DNA of 64,000 nt from Kofleriaceae bacterium (GCA_015075455.1 JABTUH010000016.1:128001-192000), one strand, 5' to 3'. Positions 39,643-50,935 are shown, numbered from the stretch's first letter. Translations and numbers: made by a program. The notes: generated from the letters alone by a model not told the origin.

Positions 39643-41094
39643 TCAGTGGTTGCAGTCGGGGCCGTGGACGTGCCCCTCGTCGCCGTGGTCGGGCGCGGTG
39701 GCGATCGGCCCGCCGGTGCCGAGACCGGCCTCGGCCGGCTCGCTGAGCGTGTCGACCTCGGTCACGCTGGCCCGCTCGACCAGGAGGTCGAGGACCTTGT
39801 CCTGGCGGAGCGACCAGCGCGCCGAGTCGAGGCGGCCGTCGCGATCCCACTCGGCGCGCAGGCGCGCCGGCGGGACGTTGCGGGCCTTCGCCGCCTGGGT
39901 GACGTGGACCATGATCTCGTCGTCGCTGACCGCGATCTGCTCGCCGTCGGCGATGGCCTCGAGCAGGAGCTGGCCGCGGACCTCGTCGGCGCCGGCCGGC
40001 TTCATCTTCTCGCGCAGCTCGGCGGTGAGCCCGGTGCCTTCGCGATCCGGGGGCATGCCGATCATCTGGCGCAGGCGGTTGTACTGCATCTCGACCGCGC
40101 GATCGACGAGCGACGACGCCACCGGGATCTGGAACTTCTTGACCAGCGCGCGCAGCGCGGCCTGCCGGGCCTCGCTCTTGATGACCGCCGCCTCGCGATC
40201 CTCGAGCTCCTTGCGCACGGCGGCGCGCAGGCCGTCGAAGGTGTCGGCCTTGCCGGTGTCCTTGGCGAAGTCGTCGTCGAGCCCCGGCACGTCCTTGGCC
40301 CGGGCCTCGACCACCGACATCGTGAGGTGGGCGTGACGGCCGCGCAGGCTCTCGTCGGCGTGATCGGCGGGGATGTCGACCTCGAACACCTGGTCCTTGG
40401 TGTCGAGGGGCACGCCGGTGAGGGCGGCGCGCAGGCCGGGCACCGGCTCGCGCTCGGGGTCGTCGAGGTCGACGCCGAAGCGGGGCTGATCGATCGGGTG
40501 CTCGCCGATCGAGCCGACGACGTGGACGATCACGACGTCGCCGGGGGCGGTCTCGGTGCGGCCCTCGATCGGCACCAGCTCGGTGTGCTCCTTGCGCAGG
40601 GCCTCGATCGCCTTGTCGACCTCGGCGTCCTCGACCTTCAGGCGGCGGCGCTCGATGGCGAGCCCCTGCCAGCCGTCGACCACGACCTCGCCCTTGATCT
40701 CGACGATGGCGGCGAACGCGAAGGGCTCGCCCTTCTTGATCTGCCCGCCCTCCTCGAGCCGGGGCTCGGCCACCGCGCCGAGCTGGTGCTGCTGGTTGGC
40801 GGTGAAGAACGACTCGCGCACGAGCTGGTACGCGACCTCGGCGTGGACGCGCGGCGCGTAGATCTGCTCGAGCACCGAGCGGGGCGCCTTGCCCTTGCGG
40901 AAGCCCTTGAGGGCGACGCCCTTGCCGAGCTCGCGGTACGCGACGCCGAGGCGGTCGGCCACGGTCGCCCACGGGATCTCGACGATGAGCTTCTTCTCGA
41001 CGGGAGAGACGTCTTCGATGCGCAGCTGCATGGGAGCGCCGAGTGGTAGCACACGACCCGCGCGCGGCACCACCCCGCGCGACCCAGGTGACAC
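39643..41094 (-). CDS. tig: Trigger factor (ribosome-associated chaperone / PPIase).
   Basis: Intact 483 aa: [56 protein letters not shown]... Canonical tig-clpP-clpX order. Confidence 0.9.
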   Translation of the reverse strand: MSPGSRGVVPRAGRVLPLGAPMQLRIEDVSPVEKKLIVEIPWATVADRLGVAYRELGKGVALKGFRKGKAPRSVLEQIYAPRVHAEVAYQLVRESFFTANQQHQLGAVAEPRLEEGGQIKKGEPFAFAAIVEIKGEVVVDGWQGLAIERRRLKVEDAEVDKAIEALRKEHTELVPIEGRTETAPGDVVIVHVVGSIGEHPIDQPRFGVDLDDPEREPVPGLRAALTGVPLDTKDQVFEVDIPADHADESLRGRHAHLTMSVVEARAKDVPGLDDDFAKDTGKADTFDGLRAAVRKELEDREAAVIKSEARQAALRALVKKFQIPVASSLVDRAVEMQYNRLRQMIGMPPDREGTGLTAELREKMKPAGADEVRGQLLLEAIADGEQIAVSDDEIMVHVTQAAKARNVPPARLRAEWDRDGRLDSARWSLRQDKVLDLLVERASVTEVDTLSEPAEAGLGTGGPIATAPDHGDEGHVHGPDCNH

Positions 41095-41182
41095 GAGCGA
41101 TTTCGGCGAGTTGCGAACATCGGCCCCGCGCGTGGCGGGCGCCCGCGCCCCCGTGGCCCCCGCCCGGCGATAGAGTCGGGGC

Positions 41183-42215
41183 GTGAGCCATCCCCGGGTC
41201 CTCGTCGTCGGCGCCGGTGCGGTCGGGCAGGTGTTCGCGCACCACTACCAGCGCGGCGGCGCCGAGGTGACGTTCCTCGTCCGCGAGAAGTACCGGGCCG
41301 ACGTCGCCCGCGGCTTCGATCTCTACCCGCTCAACCAGCGGCGCCGGCGCCGGCCCGGCGCCGAGCCGGTGCGCTTCGACGGCTTCGCGGTGGTGAGCGC
41401 GGCGGCCGAGGTCGCGGCCCGCGCCTTCGATCAGGTGGTGCTGACCGTGGCCTCGCCGGCCTTGCGCGGGCCGTGGCTGCCCGAGCTGGTGGCCGCCGCC
41501 GGCGACGCCACCGTGGTCGCGCTCCAGCCCGGCCTCGACGATCGCGCCCTCGTCCTCGCCGCCGGCGTGCCCGAGGACCGCCTGGTCCAGGGCATGATCT
41601 CGCTCGTCAGCTACCACGCGCCGCTGCCCGGCGAGACCCGCTTCGCGCGCCCGGGCATGGCCTACTGGTTCCCGCCGCTGTCGCCGTCGCCGTTCTCCGG
41701 CCCGGCCGCGCGGACCGCCGCGGTGGTGGCGGCCCTGCGCGCCGGCGGGCTGCCGGCGAAGCGCCACCGGGACGTGCCGCGCCTCGCCGGCTTCCCGACC
41801 GCGGTCATGATGCCGTACCTGGTCGCGCTCGAGCTCGGCGGCTGGACGGTGCGCGGCGCCGCCCGCGCCGGCACGCTGACCGTGGGCGGCCGCGGCGGGC
41901 GCGAGGCGGTGGCGGTGGTGCGGAGCCTCCTCGGCAAGCCGCCCCTCGGCCTCGGCGCCCTGACCCGCCCCTGGCTCCTGCGCGCCGGCCTGTGGGCGGC
42001 GCGGCCGCTCATCCCCCTGCCGCTCGAGATCTACCTGCGCGAGCACTTCACCAAGGTCGGCGAGCAGACCAGCGAGCTCCTCGACGGCTACATCGCCAAG
42101 GGCCAGGCCGCCGGCCTGCCGGTGACCGCGCTCGAGGAGCTGGCGGCCGGCCTGCGCCAGCCATGCCGGCGCCGCCGCGTCCACGCCCGCCGCCGCCGCC
42201 CGGGGCGCGTCGTGA
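41183..42215 (+). CDS. panE: 2-dehydropantoate 2-reductase (ApbA/PanE family). The 3' end is uncertain, with a probable frameshift near the terminus.
   Basis: MSHPRVLVVGAGAVGQVFAHHYQRGGAEVTFLVR... (Rossmann GxGxxG) through ..EHFTKVGEQTSELLDGYIAKGQAAGLPVTALEELAAGLRQ. After that the frame turns to nonsense. Confidence 0.6.
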
Positions 42216-44535
42216 GCCCCGCCGCCCGCACCGCCGGCCGCCCGCCCGCCTCGCCGGCGCCCTCGCCGTCGCGCTCGCGCTCGGGGCCTGCGACGTCCAC
42301 GTCGAGCGGCCGCCGCCGCCGGCCCACGACGGCGTCCACGGCTTCGTCGGCGGCTGCTACGCCGTCGACGCGACGACGCCTGGCAGCACCAACACCCGCT
42401 GGCTGGCCGCCGCCCGCCGCGGCGCGGCCTTCGCCTTCGCCGCCACCGAGGTCCGCGCCGGCGCCCGCTTCCGGCTGCAGCCGGCCGACCTCGCCACCTA
42501 CCTCCTCTACGACGCCGAGCGTCGCTTCCTCGCCGCCGACGACGACGGCGCGCTGATCCGCCCGGCCGAGCTCGACTCCGACGTCGCGCTGCTCGACGAC
42601 ACGTTCGTCTCGCCGGCGGAGTGGGTGATCGAGCCGAGCGCCCACGACCCCGACCGCCTGCAGCTCCGCCACCGCCGCAGCGGGCGCTACCTCGCTCCCG
42701 GCGGGTTGTCCGACGGGCTCGACGACGCCGGCGTGATCGCGCTCTACCCGACCGACGGCTGCGTCGACTTCCCCGAGCTGTCGCTCGACGCCGAGGGGGC
42801 GGTGGTGCCGCGGCGATGGGACGACGGCGCGGTCTTCGGCATCGTCGACACCCACGCCCACCTCTTCACCAACATGGGCTTCGGCGGCGGCGGCATCTTC
42901 CACGGCGCGCCCTTCCACCGCCTCGGCGTCGAGCACGCCCTGCCGAGCTGCGCGCGCTTCCACGGCGACGAGGGGCGCAAGGATCTGGTCGGCTTCGCCT
43001 TCTCGGGCCTGACCGACCTCGACCGCTCCGCCCTGATCAGCGTGTTCGTCGCCGGCATGACCCCGACCTTCGATCACCACCCCGACGGCTACCCCACCTT
43101 CACCGACTGGCCCAACAGCTGGAAGCGCGCCACCCACCAGACCCAGTACTACCGCTGGCTGGAGCGCGCCCATCGCGCCGGCCTCCGCCTGGTGGTCCAG
43201 CACGCCACCACCAACCAGGTCCTGTGCGAGCTGATGGTCGGGCTCGGGGCGCACCAGGTCCGCTACGCCTGCGACGACATGGTCGCCGTCGAGCGCACGA
43301 TCGACGAGGTGCGGGCGCTCGAGCGCTACGTCGACGCCCACGCCGGCGGCCCCGGCCGCGGATGGTTCCGCGTGGTGACGAGCCCGGCCGAGGCCCGGGC
43401 CGTGATCGACGCCGGCAAGCTGGCGGTGGTCCTCGGCATCGAGACCTCCAACCTGTTCGAGTGCCACCTCACGCCGCGGCCCGGCGCGCCGGTGTGCGAC
43501 GAGGCCCACCTCCGCGCCCAGCTCGACCACTACCAGGCCCGCGGCGTGCGCGCGATCTTCCCCGTGCACAAGTTCGACAACGCGTTCTCCGCCGGCGACG
43601 GTGACCGCAACGTCGGTCAGATCGGCAGCTTCGTCAACAGCGGCCACTGGTCGAACCTGGTCCTCGACTGCCCCGACGTGCCGTCGGTGTTCGATCGCGG
43701 CCCGGTGACCTTCGGCGGCATCAACATGCCCCGCGCCGACTACCTGGCGCCGGCGCCCAACGACATGAGCGGCTTCGCCCTCGATCCGCTGCGCACGATC
43801 TCGCCCTTCCTCGGCCGCCTCATGGAGCCGGCGCTGGCCGGTGACCACTGCCAGAACGCGGGGCTGACCGCGCTCGGCGAGACGCTCCTCGACGAGCTGA
43901 TGCGGCGCGGCCTCATCGTCGAGGTGGATCACCTGCCGCGGCGCGCCCACGTCCGCGCCTACGAGCTGCTCACCGCCGCCGACTACCCGCCGGCGGCCAC
44001 CCACGGCAACGTCAACCGCGGCCGGGTCTACGAGCTGGGCGGGGTGTCGATGACCCACCTCGGCCGCTGCGCCGATCCGACTCGCCCCGGCGCGATGGGC
44101 GACGCGCTGCGCGAGCGGATCGCCCTCATCGCCGCCCACGGCGGCTACCCGGCCGAGGGCTTCGGCTTCGACTTCAACGGCTTCGCCGGCGGCCCGCGGC
44201 CGCGCTTCGGGGCCGACAGCCCGTGCACCACGCCCCAGGCCAACCCGATCACCTACCCGTTCACGTCCTACGCCGGCGACGTCACCTTCACCCCGCCCCG
44301 GCTCGGCGAGCGCGCCGTCGACTTCAACACCGAGGGCATGCTGCACCTCGGGCTCCTGCCCGAGCTGATCGAGGACGCGCGCCGCGACGGCGTCACCGAC
44401 GCCGAGCTCGAGCCGCTGTTCCGCTCCGCCGAGGCCTACCTGCGGATGTGGGAGAAGGCGGAGGCGCGGGGCGCCGCCCTGCGCGCGACGCCCCGGTCGC
44501 CCGCCCGCCCGGGCGCGCTATCCTCGGACCGATGA
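42163..44535 (+). CDS. Lipoprotein with an N-terminal beta-trefoil-like domain and a C-terminal metal-dependent (M19 membrane-dipeptidase-like / amidohydrolase-fold) hydrolase domain.
   Basis: Intact 790-aa ORF. Lipobox LAGALAVALALGAC. VFGIVDTHAHLF, FHGDEG..., VVQHATTN, FPVHKFDNAF, VEVDHLP..HGN and GFDFNGFAGGP resemble M19 dipeptidase motifs (DGHNDLP / GSDFDG / VDHLS). The stop overlaps the pirin start (ATGA). Confidence 0.5.
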   Translation: MPAPPRPRPPPPPGARREPRRPHRRPPARLAGALAVALALGACDVHVERPPPPAHDGVHGFVGGCYAVDATTPGSTNTRWLAAARRGAAFAFAATEVRAGARFRLQPADLATYLLYDAERRFLAADDDGALIRPAELDSDVALLDDTFVSPAEWVIEPSAHDPDRLQLRHRRSGRYLAPGGLSDGLDDAGVIALYPTDGCVDFPELSLDAEGAVVPRRWDDGAVFGIVDTHAHLFTNMGFGGGGIFHGAPFHRLGVEHALPSCARFHGDEGRKDLVGFAFSGLTDLDRSALISVFVAGMTPTFDHHPDGYPTFTDWPNSWKRATHQTQYYRWLERAHRAGLRLVVQHATTNQVLCELMVGLGAHQVRYACDDMVAVERTIDEVRALERYVDAHAGGPGRGWFRVVTSPAEARAVIDAGKLAVVLGIETSNLFECHLTPRPGAPVCDEAHLRAQLDHYQARGVRAIFPVHKFDNAFSAGDGDRNVGQIGSFVNSGHWSNLVLDCPDVPSVFDRGPVTFGGINMPRADYLAPAPNDMSGFALDPLRTISPFLGRLMEPALAGDHCQNAGLTALGETLLDELMRRGLIVEVDHLPRRAHVRAYELLTAADYPPAATHGNVNRGRVYELGGVSMTHLGRCADPTRPGAMGDALRERIALIAAHGGYPAEGFGFDFNGFAGGPRPRFGADSPCTTPQANPITYPFTSYAGDVTFTPPRLGERAVDFNTEGMLHLGLLPELIEDARRDGVTDAELEPLFRSAEAYLRMWEKAEARGAALRATPRSPARPGALSSDR

Positions 44536-45644
44536 GCGAGCTCGATCGCCGCGACGCCCTCCGCCTGCTCGCCGTCGGCGGCGCCTCGGCCGCGGTCGCC
44601 TGCGCGTCGGCGCGGCGCGGCGCCGGCCCCGAGCCGGTGGTCGCCACCCGGCCGCTGGGCGCGCCGCCGTGGCCGACGCTCGATCCGTTCCTGTTCTGCG
44701 TCCACCACGACGATCACTACCCGGCGGGCGACGAGCGCCTGGGCCCGGCGGCGTCCCTGGCCGGGCGCCGCCTCGGCAACGACTTCGCGGGCAAGGACGG
44801 CTGGCGCATGTACCACGGCCGCACCGTGCCCGGCTTCCCGCAGCACCCGCACCGCGGCTTCGAGACCGTGACCGTGGTGCGGCGCGGCCTGCTCGACCAC
44901 AGCGACTCGCTGGGCGCCGCCGCCCGCTACGGCGGCGGCGACGTGCAGTGGCTCACCGCCGGCGCCGGCATCCTGCACGCCGAGATGTTCCCGCTCCTCG
45001 AGCGCGCGGCGCCCAACCCGGTCGAGCTGTTCCAGATCTGGCTCAACCTGCCGCGGGCCGACAAGTTCGCGCCGCCGCACTTCTCGATGCTGTGGCAGGA
45101 CGTCGTCCCTCGCCAGCGCATCGCCGACGGCGACGGCCGCGCCGTCGACGTCACCGTGGTCGCCGGCCGCCTGGGCGCGGCGGTCGCGCCGCCGCCGCCG
45201 CCGTCGTCGTGGGCGGCCCGCCCCGACAGCGACGTGGCGATCTGGACCCTGCGTCTGGCGCCCGGCGCGCGCTTCACCCTGCCCGCGGCCGCACCCGACG
45301 CCAGCCGCGCCCTCTACGTCTTCCGCGGCGACCGCCTGCGCGTCGGCGCGACGGTGGTCGCCGCCGGCACGATGGTCGAGCTCCACGCCGGGCTCGAGGC
45401 GCCGCTGGTCGCCGGCGGCGCCGAGGTCGAGGCCCTCCTGCTGCAGGGCCGTTCGATCGGCGAGCCGGTGGTGGCCCACGGCCCGTTCGTGATGAACAGC
45501 CGCGAGGAGATCCAGGACGCGATCGCCGACTACCAGCGCACCCGCTTCGGCGGCTGGCCGTGGCCCGACGACGGCCACGTCCACGACCGCGACGAGGGCC
45601 GCTTCGCCCGCCACGCCGACGGCCGCGTCGAGCGCCCGGCCTGA
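44532..45644 (+). CDS. Tat-exported pirin-family (cupin) protein.
   Basis: Intact 370 aa. Tat signal MSELDRRDALRLLAVGGASAAVACAS. Pirin core HPHRGFETVTVVRRGLLDHSDSLGAAARYGGGDVQWLTAGAGILHAEMF. Confidence 0.8.
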   Translation: MSELDRRDALRLLAVGGASAAVACASARRGAGPEPVVATRPLGAPPWPTLDPFLFCVHHDDHYPAGDERLGPAASLAGRRLGNDFAGKDGWRMYHGRTVPGFPQHPHRGFETVTVVRRGLLDHSDSLGAAARYGGGDVQWLTAGAGILHAEMFPLLERAAPNPVELFQIWLNLPRADKFAPPHFSMLWQDVVPRQRIADGDGRAVDVTVVAGRLGAAVAPPPPPSSWAARPDSDVAIWTLRLAPGARFTLPAAAPDASRALYVFRGDRLRVGATVVAAGTMVELHAGLEAPLVAGGAEVEALLLQGRSIGEPVVAHGPFVMNSREEIQDAIADYQRTRFGGWPWPDDGHVHDRDEGRFARHADGRVERPA

Positions 45645-45698
45645 GCCCCTCCCGCGCCCCGAGCGCATCCCGCCGGCGCCGCGCGGCGAGACCCGCGG

Positions 45699-47645
45699 TC
45701 AGCGCAGGACGACCGGGAACAGCGCGACGGTCTGCACGCGCTCGCGGCGGAAGCGCGCCACCTGGCGCAGCGTCCGCACCATGACGGTCGCGACCTCGGG
45801 CGAGACCTCGCGCACCGCCCGGGCCACCACCGTCGACAGGCCGAGCGGGGCCTGGACCTCGCCGAAGCCCGAGACCAGGTCGCGCAGGGTCAGCTCGGGC
45901 GGGTAGACCTCGAGCGCGGCGCCGGCGTCGACCTGGCCCAGGGTCCGGGCCTCGGTCAGCGCGGCGTCGAGGCCGCCCAGGGCGTCGACCAGGCCGAGGC
46001 GCAGGGCGTCGCTGCCGGTCCACACCCGGCCCTGGGCGATGGCGTGGATCTCGTCCCGGCTCTTGCCGCGGCCGGCGGCGACGCGGCCGACGAAGACGTC
46101 GTAGATCGACTGCATCGACGCCTGGACCGCGGCCCGCTCGTCGGCGGTCCACGGCCCGAGGCTGGCCATCATCGTCGCCCGCTTGCCGCGGCCCATCGGG
46201 TAGGTGGTGACGCCGACCTTGGCCAGCGCGCCCCCCGGCGCCAGCTTGCCGCCGACGACGCCGATCGAGCCGGTCAGGGTGTCGGGCTGGGCGAAGATCT
46301 TGGTGGCGCCGGCGGCGATGTAGTAGCCGCCCGAGGCCGCGAGGTCGCTCATCGACACCACGACCGGCTTCTTCGCCCGGACCTCGGCCACGGCGTGCCA
46401 GATGAGCTCGGACGCCAGGGCGCTGCCGCCGCCGGAGTCGATGCGCAGGACCACGGCCTTGACGCTGTCGTCGGCGGCGAGGACCCGCAGGGCGGGGACC
46501 AGCGTGCGCGAGGCGATCTCGCCGCCGGCGCCCATGATGCCGTCGCCGCTACCGTCGACGATGTCGCCGACCGCGTAGACCAGCGCGACCCGGGGGTGGC
46601 TCGGCCGCGGCGCCGGCATCGCGCCCAGGAAGCGCAGGACCTTGAGCATGCCGGCGGCGTCGTCGGCCTTCTCCTCGAGCGTCACCCGCGTCCACGGCCC
46701 GGCGGCGGCCGCGTCGCGGAAGGCCTCGAAGGGCTCGACGGCGTCGACCAGCCGCGCCGCCAGCGCGCGCTCGGCGGTGAACATGGCCTCGTCGATGAGG
46801 GCCTTGACCGCGTCGGGCGCGAGCCCGCGTCCGGCGGCGATGACCTCGACCATCGAGGCGTAGGCCCGATCGAGGATGGCGTCGAGGGTCTCGACCATCT
46901 CCTTCGACGGCCGGTCGCGGGTGAGCGGCTCGGCCGCGCCCTTGAAGGCGCCGACGTGGAGGAAGTCGGCGGTGACGCCGAGGTCGTCGAGCAGGCCCTT
47001 GAGGTGGACCGGCATGGCGGCCGGCCCCGACACCACGACCTCGCCGTTGGGCGCCAGGCCGATGCGCTCGCACGCCGACATCACCAGGTACTGGGCGTTG
47101 GCCGCGCCCTCGGTGTGGCAGTGCAGCTTCTTGCCGGCGGCGCGGAACGCGTGGAGCGCGGCGTTGACCTCGGCGGCGTCGGGCAGCGACAGCGACAGGC
47201 CGTCGACCCGCAGCAGCAGCCCGGTGAGCTGGTCGTCGCCGGCCAGCGCCCGCAGGCGCTCGGTGAGGCGGCGGACCTGGATGGCGTCGCTCGGACCCGA
47301 CATCCACGAGAAGCTCTCGAGCTCGGCGACCTCGCCGGCCAGGGTCATGACGCCGGTGTACGGCTTGCCCTTGGCGAAGTCGGCGCTCGACGCCGGCGCC
47401 TCGTACGGCCCCGGCTTCTCGATGCTCTCGGCGATGTTCTTGAGCAGGACCATCGGATCGCCGAGGCCGCCGAGGCCGCCGCCGCCACCACCGCCACCGC
47501 CGCCGCCACCGCCCTCGCCGCCACCGCCCCACGGGTCGGACTCGGCGCTGCCGCGGGGCACCTCCCAGTCGGGCTTCTCGTTGCCGCAGGCCGCGGCCAG
47601 CGCGGCGGCCAGCCAGACCACAGTCGTTCGCGTCATGACTACCTC
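45699..47645 (-). CDS. sppA: Signal peptide peptidase SppA (protease IV, 67K type), lipoprotein.
   Basis: Intact ~648 aa. MTRTTVVWLAAALAAACG. Two S49 domains. VVSMSDLAASGGYYIAAGATKIFAQPDTLTGSIGVV. Confidence 0.8.
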   Translation of the reverse strand, partial: EVVMTRTTVVWLAAALAAACGNEKPDWEVPRGSAESDPWGGGGEGGGGGGGGGGGGGLGGLGDPMVLLKNIAESIEKPGPYEAPASSADFAKGKPYTGVMTLAGEVAELESFSWMSGPSDAIQVRRLTERLRALAGDDQLTGLLLRVDGLSLSLPDAAEVNAALHAFRAAGKKLHCHTEGAANAQYLVMSACERIGLAPNGEVVVSGPAAMPVHLKGLLDDLGVTADFLHVGAFKGAAEPLTRDRPSKEMVETLDAILDRAYASMVEVIAAGRGLAPDAVKALIDEAMFTAERALAARLVDAVEPFEAFRDAAAAGPWTRVTLEEKADDAAGMLKVLRFLGAMPAPRPSHPRVALVYAVGDIVDGSGDGIMGAGGEIASRTLVPALRVLAADDSVKAVVLRIDSGGGSALASELIWHAVAEVRAKKPVVVSMSDLAASGGYYIAAGATKIFAQPDTLTGSIGVVGGKLAPGGALAKVGVTTYPMGRGKRATMMASLGPWTADERAAVQASMQSIYDVFVGRVAAGRGKSRDEIHAIAQGRVWTGSDALRLGLVDALGGLDAALTEARTLGQVDAGAALEVYPPELTLRDLVSGFGEVQAPLGLSTVVARAVREVSPEVATVMVRTLRQVARFRRERVQTVALFPVVLR

Positions 47646-47665
47646 GCTACCTCGACGGATGTTCG

Positions 47666-50234
47666 TCACGGACCGGGATCGGTGCTCGGCCCGGGCGCCG
47701 GGGTGGGCTCGGGCGTGGGCTCGGGCTTGTCGGGTGGTGGCTCGGTCGCGCCGGAGCCCCCGCCGCTGCCACCGCCGCTGCCGTCGTCGGGCGGCGTCGG
47801 CCCGCCGCTCTTGCCCTGGAGGCGATCGAGCTGGCGCTGGGCGGCGGCGCTGCCGGGGTAGACGGCGAGGTACTTCTCGTACGCGGTGATGGCGAGATCG
47901 GCGCGGCCCTGCTGCTGGTAGGCCTCGGCCACGCCCCACAGCGCCCGCTCGAAGCGCGGCGAGATGCCGAGCGCGGCGCGGAACTTGGAGTGCGCCGACG
48001 CGAACTGCTTGGCGTCGATGTGGCAGTAGCCCATGCCGGTGAGCGCCTCGACGCCGTTGGGCTGGACCTCGAGGGCGCGGGTGTAGAACGCCATCGCCTG
48101 GCCGCAGTCGACCTCGGCCAGCTTGTTGGCGCGCGCGAGGAGCTTGTCGTAGTCGTCGCCGGTCGCGCCGCCGCCAGTCGCGCCGCCGCCGGTCGCGCCG
48201 CCGCCGGTCGCGCCTCCGCCGGTCGCGCCGCCGCCGGTGCCGGCATCTTCGTCGGGCATCGGTGCGACCGCGAACGCGCCGAAGCGGGCCAGGAGCGCGC
48301 GGGCACCGGCGTGTTCGGGCTGGGCGGCGAGCACGGCCTCCGCGGCGGCGCGCGCGTCGGCCTGCCGCTTCTGCAGGAACGCCACCCGCGCCAGGTGCCA
48401 GCGCGGCCGCACGTCGCCGCTGGCCTCGAGCGCGCCCTGCCCCTGATCGAGCGCGCGCAGGAGGCCGACCGCGCGGTCGTAGTCCTTGTCGCGGACGGCG
48501 ACCAGCGCGTTGACCAGCCCGGCCTCGGGATCGCCGGGGGCGGCCTGGCGGGCGACGTCGAGGTAGCGGCGCAGCTCCTTGAGCGGCTTGCCCTGCAGGC
48601 GGAGCACGTCGGCCATCGCGACGTTGGCGAGCGGCTCCTGGGGCCCCGCCTTGAGCGCCTTCTGGGCCAGGCTGAGCGCGGTCAGGACGAGCTGCTTGCC
48701 CTCGCGGCGGACCTTGTCGGCGGTCCGGGTGTCGGCGGTGAGGTCGGCCTCGTCCATCAGGATCTGGACCTGGGCCGAGACCAGGCGCGCGCGCATCGCC
48801 AGCGTCGTCGCGTCGCTGCGGCCGCCCTCGGCCAGCAGGCGCTCGGCGGCAGACAGGGCCGCGCCGGAGTCGCGCGCGAGCTGGACCCGCGCCTGGTCGA
48901 GGAGATCGTCGGCGGGCGCGACCACGGCGGCGTCGACCTCGGGCGCGAGCGCCGCGCCGGCGTCGATGGCGCCCGCTGCCCCGCCGCCCGCGACCTCGGC
49001 GCCGGCGTCGACCCCGGGCGCAGCCGACGTCGCGGCCGGCGTGCGGAGCACGGTGAAGTAGACGACCCCGGCCGCCGCGCCGATGACCACCAGCGAGCCG
49101 AGCGCGATCCACAGGCCCGCGCCCTTGCGCCGCGGCGGCTCGTCGTCGGCGAAGGCGTCGAAGCTCTCGACGGCGTCGCGGCGCCCGGCGAGGCCGCCGG
49201 CGAAGGCGACGTCGTCGGTGGGGACCGGGCGGACCACGCCGCCGAAAGCGTCCCCGCCGCTCGCCCGAACCGCGCCGCGCCGCGGGCCGACGGTCTCGAC
49301 GTCGTCGGCGAGCGGCTTGACCTCGTCGGAGGCCCACGCGCCGGTGGCGCGCTGATCGATCGGCGCCAGCGGCGACGGAGCCGGCGGCGCGGGGCCGGCG
49401 GCGCGGGAGCCGGAGCCGGCGGCGCCGGCAGCGGCGCGCTCGCCACGAGCGGCGGCGACGCCAGGCGGCGGCGCGCCACCACGGCGGGGCGGGCGGCGGC
49501 GGCGTGGCGGCTGGCCGGGCGCGCGGGCGCCGGCGGTGCGGCGGCCGGGCGCGGCGGCGGCGGCGGCGTGGCGGTGGCCGGGCGGGCGGGGCGACCGCCG
49601 GGCCGGTGGTGGTGGCGCGTGGCGCCGGCGGCGGCGCGGCGTGGCGACCGGTGCCGGTGCCGCGCACCGGCTCGACGACGGTCCCGCGCTCTGCGCGCCG
49701 GCGCCGCGCGCGGCGGCGTGATCTGGCCCGACCTCGCGCGCTGCGCCCGCACGCCGCGCGCGCCTCGTCGGCGACCACGAAGAACGACGACAGCTCGGCG
49801 ATGTCGCCGAGGCGCTTCCAGGGTCTTGCCGCTGCGCGAGATCATCGACTCGCGCGACACCAGGCCGGTGATGATCCACTGCTGGAGGATGCCGGCTCGC
49901 GGCACTGACGGGTCTCGCCGTTGTCGAGGCGGAGGATCCAGCTGCGCTCACCCGCCGCCGGTGACCGGCCCCGAGCCGGTCTGCGCCCGCGGTTGCGCGG
50001 CACGCCGTGGGCCGGGGATCGGCTCGCGCGGCGCGGCGCCGTCGGGGCCTGCGGAGGCGGTGGCGCCGAGGCGGTGCCGGCGCGCACCACGGGGATCCCG
50101 CCCTGGGTCGGCGACCGCTTGCGGATCTTGAACATGTGACCGCACGTCGTGCACTTGACGGTCACGCCACCGGGCTTGAGCCGGGCCTCGTCCAGCTCGT
50201 ACTCGGTGTTGCACTTCTCGCAGCGGACGTCCAT
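47666..50234 (-). pseudogene. TPR-repeat protein with an N-terminal MJ0042-type zinc-ribbon. At least 2 frameshifts in the N-terminal third. Low-complexity GGGATGGGATGGG and PEPTPEPTP tracts.
   Basis: MDVRCEKCNTEYELDEARLKPGGVTVKCTTCGHMFKI (zinc ribbon). Then WILRLDNGETRQC / ILQQWIITGLVSRESMISRSGKT in shifted frames. Long C-terminal TPR region (..AFYTRALEVQPNGVEALTGMGYCHIDAKQFASAHSKFRAALGISPRFERALWGVAEAYQQQGRADLAITAYEKYLAVYPGS). Immediately upstream of sppA. Confidence 0.6.
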
Positions 50235-50337
50235 CGACCCGCCCTAGCAGTAGCACGGCACCGGACCCATTTCTATGGACCGACCCCGCCGTGCCCGACG
50301 AGGTCCCGCTCTGGTAGGATCGTGGTGATGGGCTCAC

Positions 50338-50696
50338 CCGAGACGCCGCGTGACGGCGAGCGCGTGCAGGTCGACGCGTTCGTGAGGGCCGCCTCGGGCG
50401 GCCACGAGCTGGTCTTCCGCACCCGCGATCTCTCGCGCTCGGGCCTCTTCCTCTACACGAAGGTCGCCCACTCCTATCCGTTCCGCCCCGGCTCGCGCCT
50501 CCACATCGAGCTGTTCGACTACGACCAGAGCATCGCGCTCGACGTGGTGGTCGCGCGCGTCGTCGAGCCCGGGAGCCCGGAGGCCGACTCGTTTCCGACC
50601 GGCTTCGGCGTGCGCATCCTGGACACCGACGCCCCGACCCAGGCCCGCCTCGAGGCCCTCATCGAGCGCATCCGTGCCGGTGGCGGACCGTACTGA
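50338..50696 (+). CDS. Single-domain PilZ protein (c-di-GMP receptor family).
   Basis: 119 aa: VQVDAFVRAASGGHELVFRTRDLSRSGLFLYT...RLHIELF...GFGVRILD. Confidence 0.6.
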
Positions 50697-50736
50697 CCGT
50701 GGGGCGGTGTAACCGGGGTTCCTACATGTAGGAAGT

Positions 50737-50755
50737 CCCGCCATGACGCGGGTTT
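50737..50755 (+). terminator. Candidate intrinsic terminator (CCCGC-catgac-GCGGG-TTT) after the PilZ gene, just 3' of the TTCCTACATGTAGGAA palindrome.
   Basis: 5-bp GC stem, 6-nt loop, T-run. Read directly. Weak. Confidence 0.3.
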
Positions 50756-50935
50756 GGCGCTGTCCTACCCACCCGGCCCCGGCTGTGGACAAGATGTGAA
50801 ACGTGCGTGGACCGTGGCCGGTCCCCTGTGGATCGGCCAGCGCCTGTCAGGTCCACTCCCGGGCCGGGTGTGGAGGTCCGAAGCGGGTTCCGGGGCGGAT
50901 GTCCGGAGGATGTCCGGAGCGGCGCAGCCTCCGCC

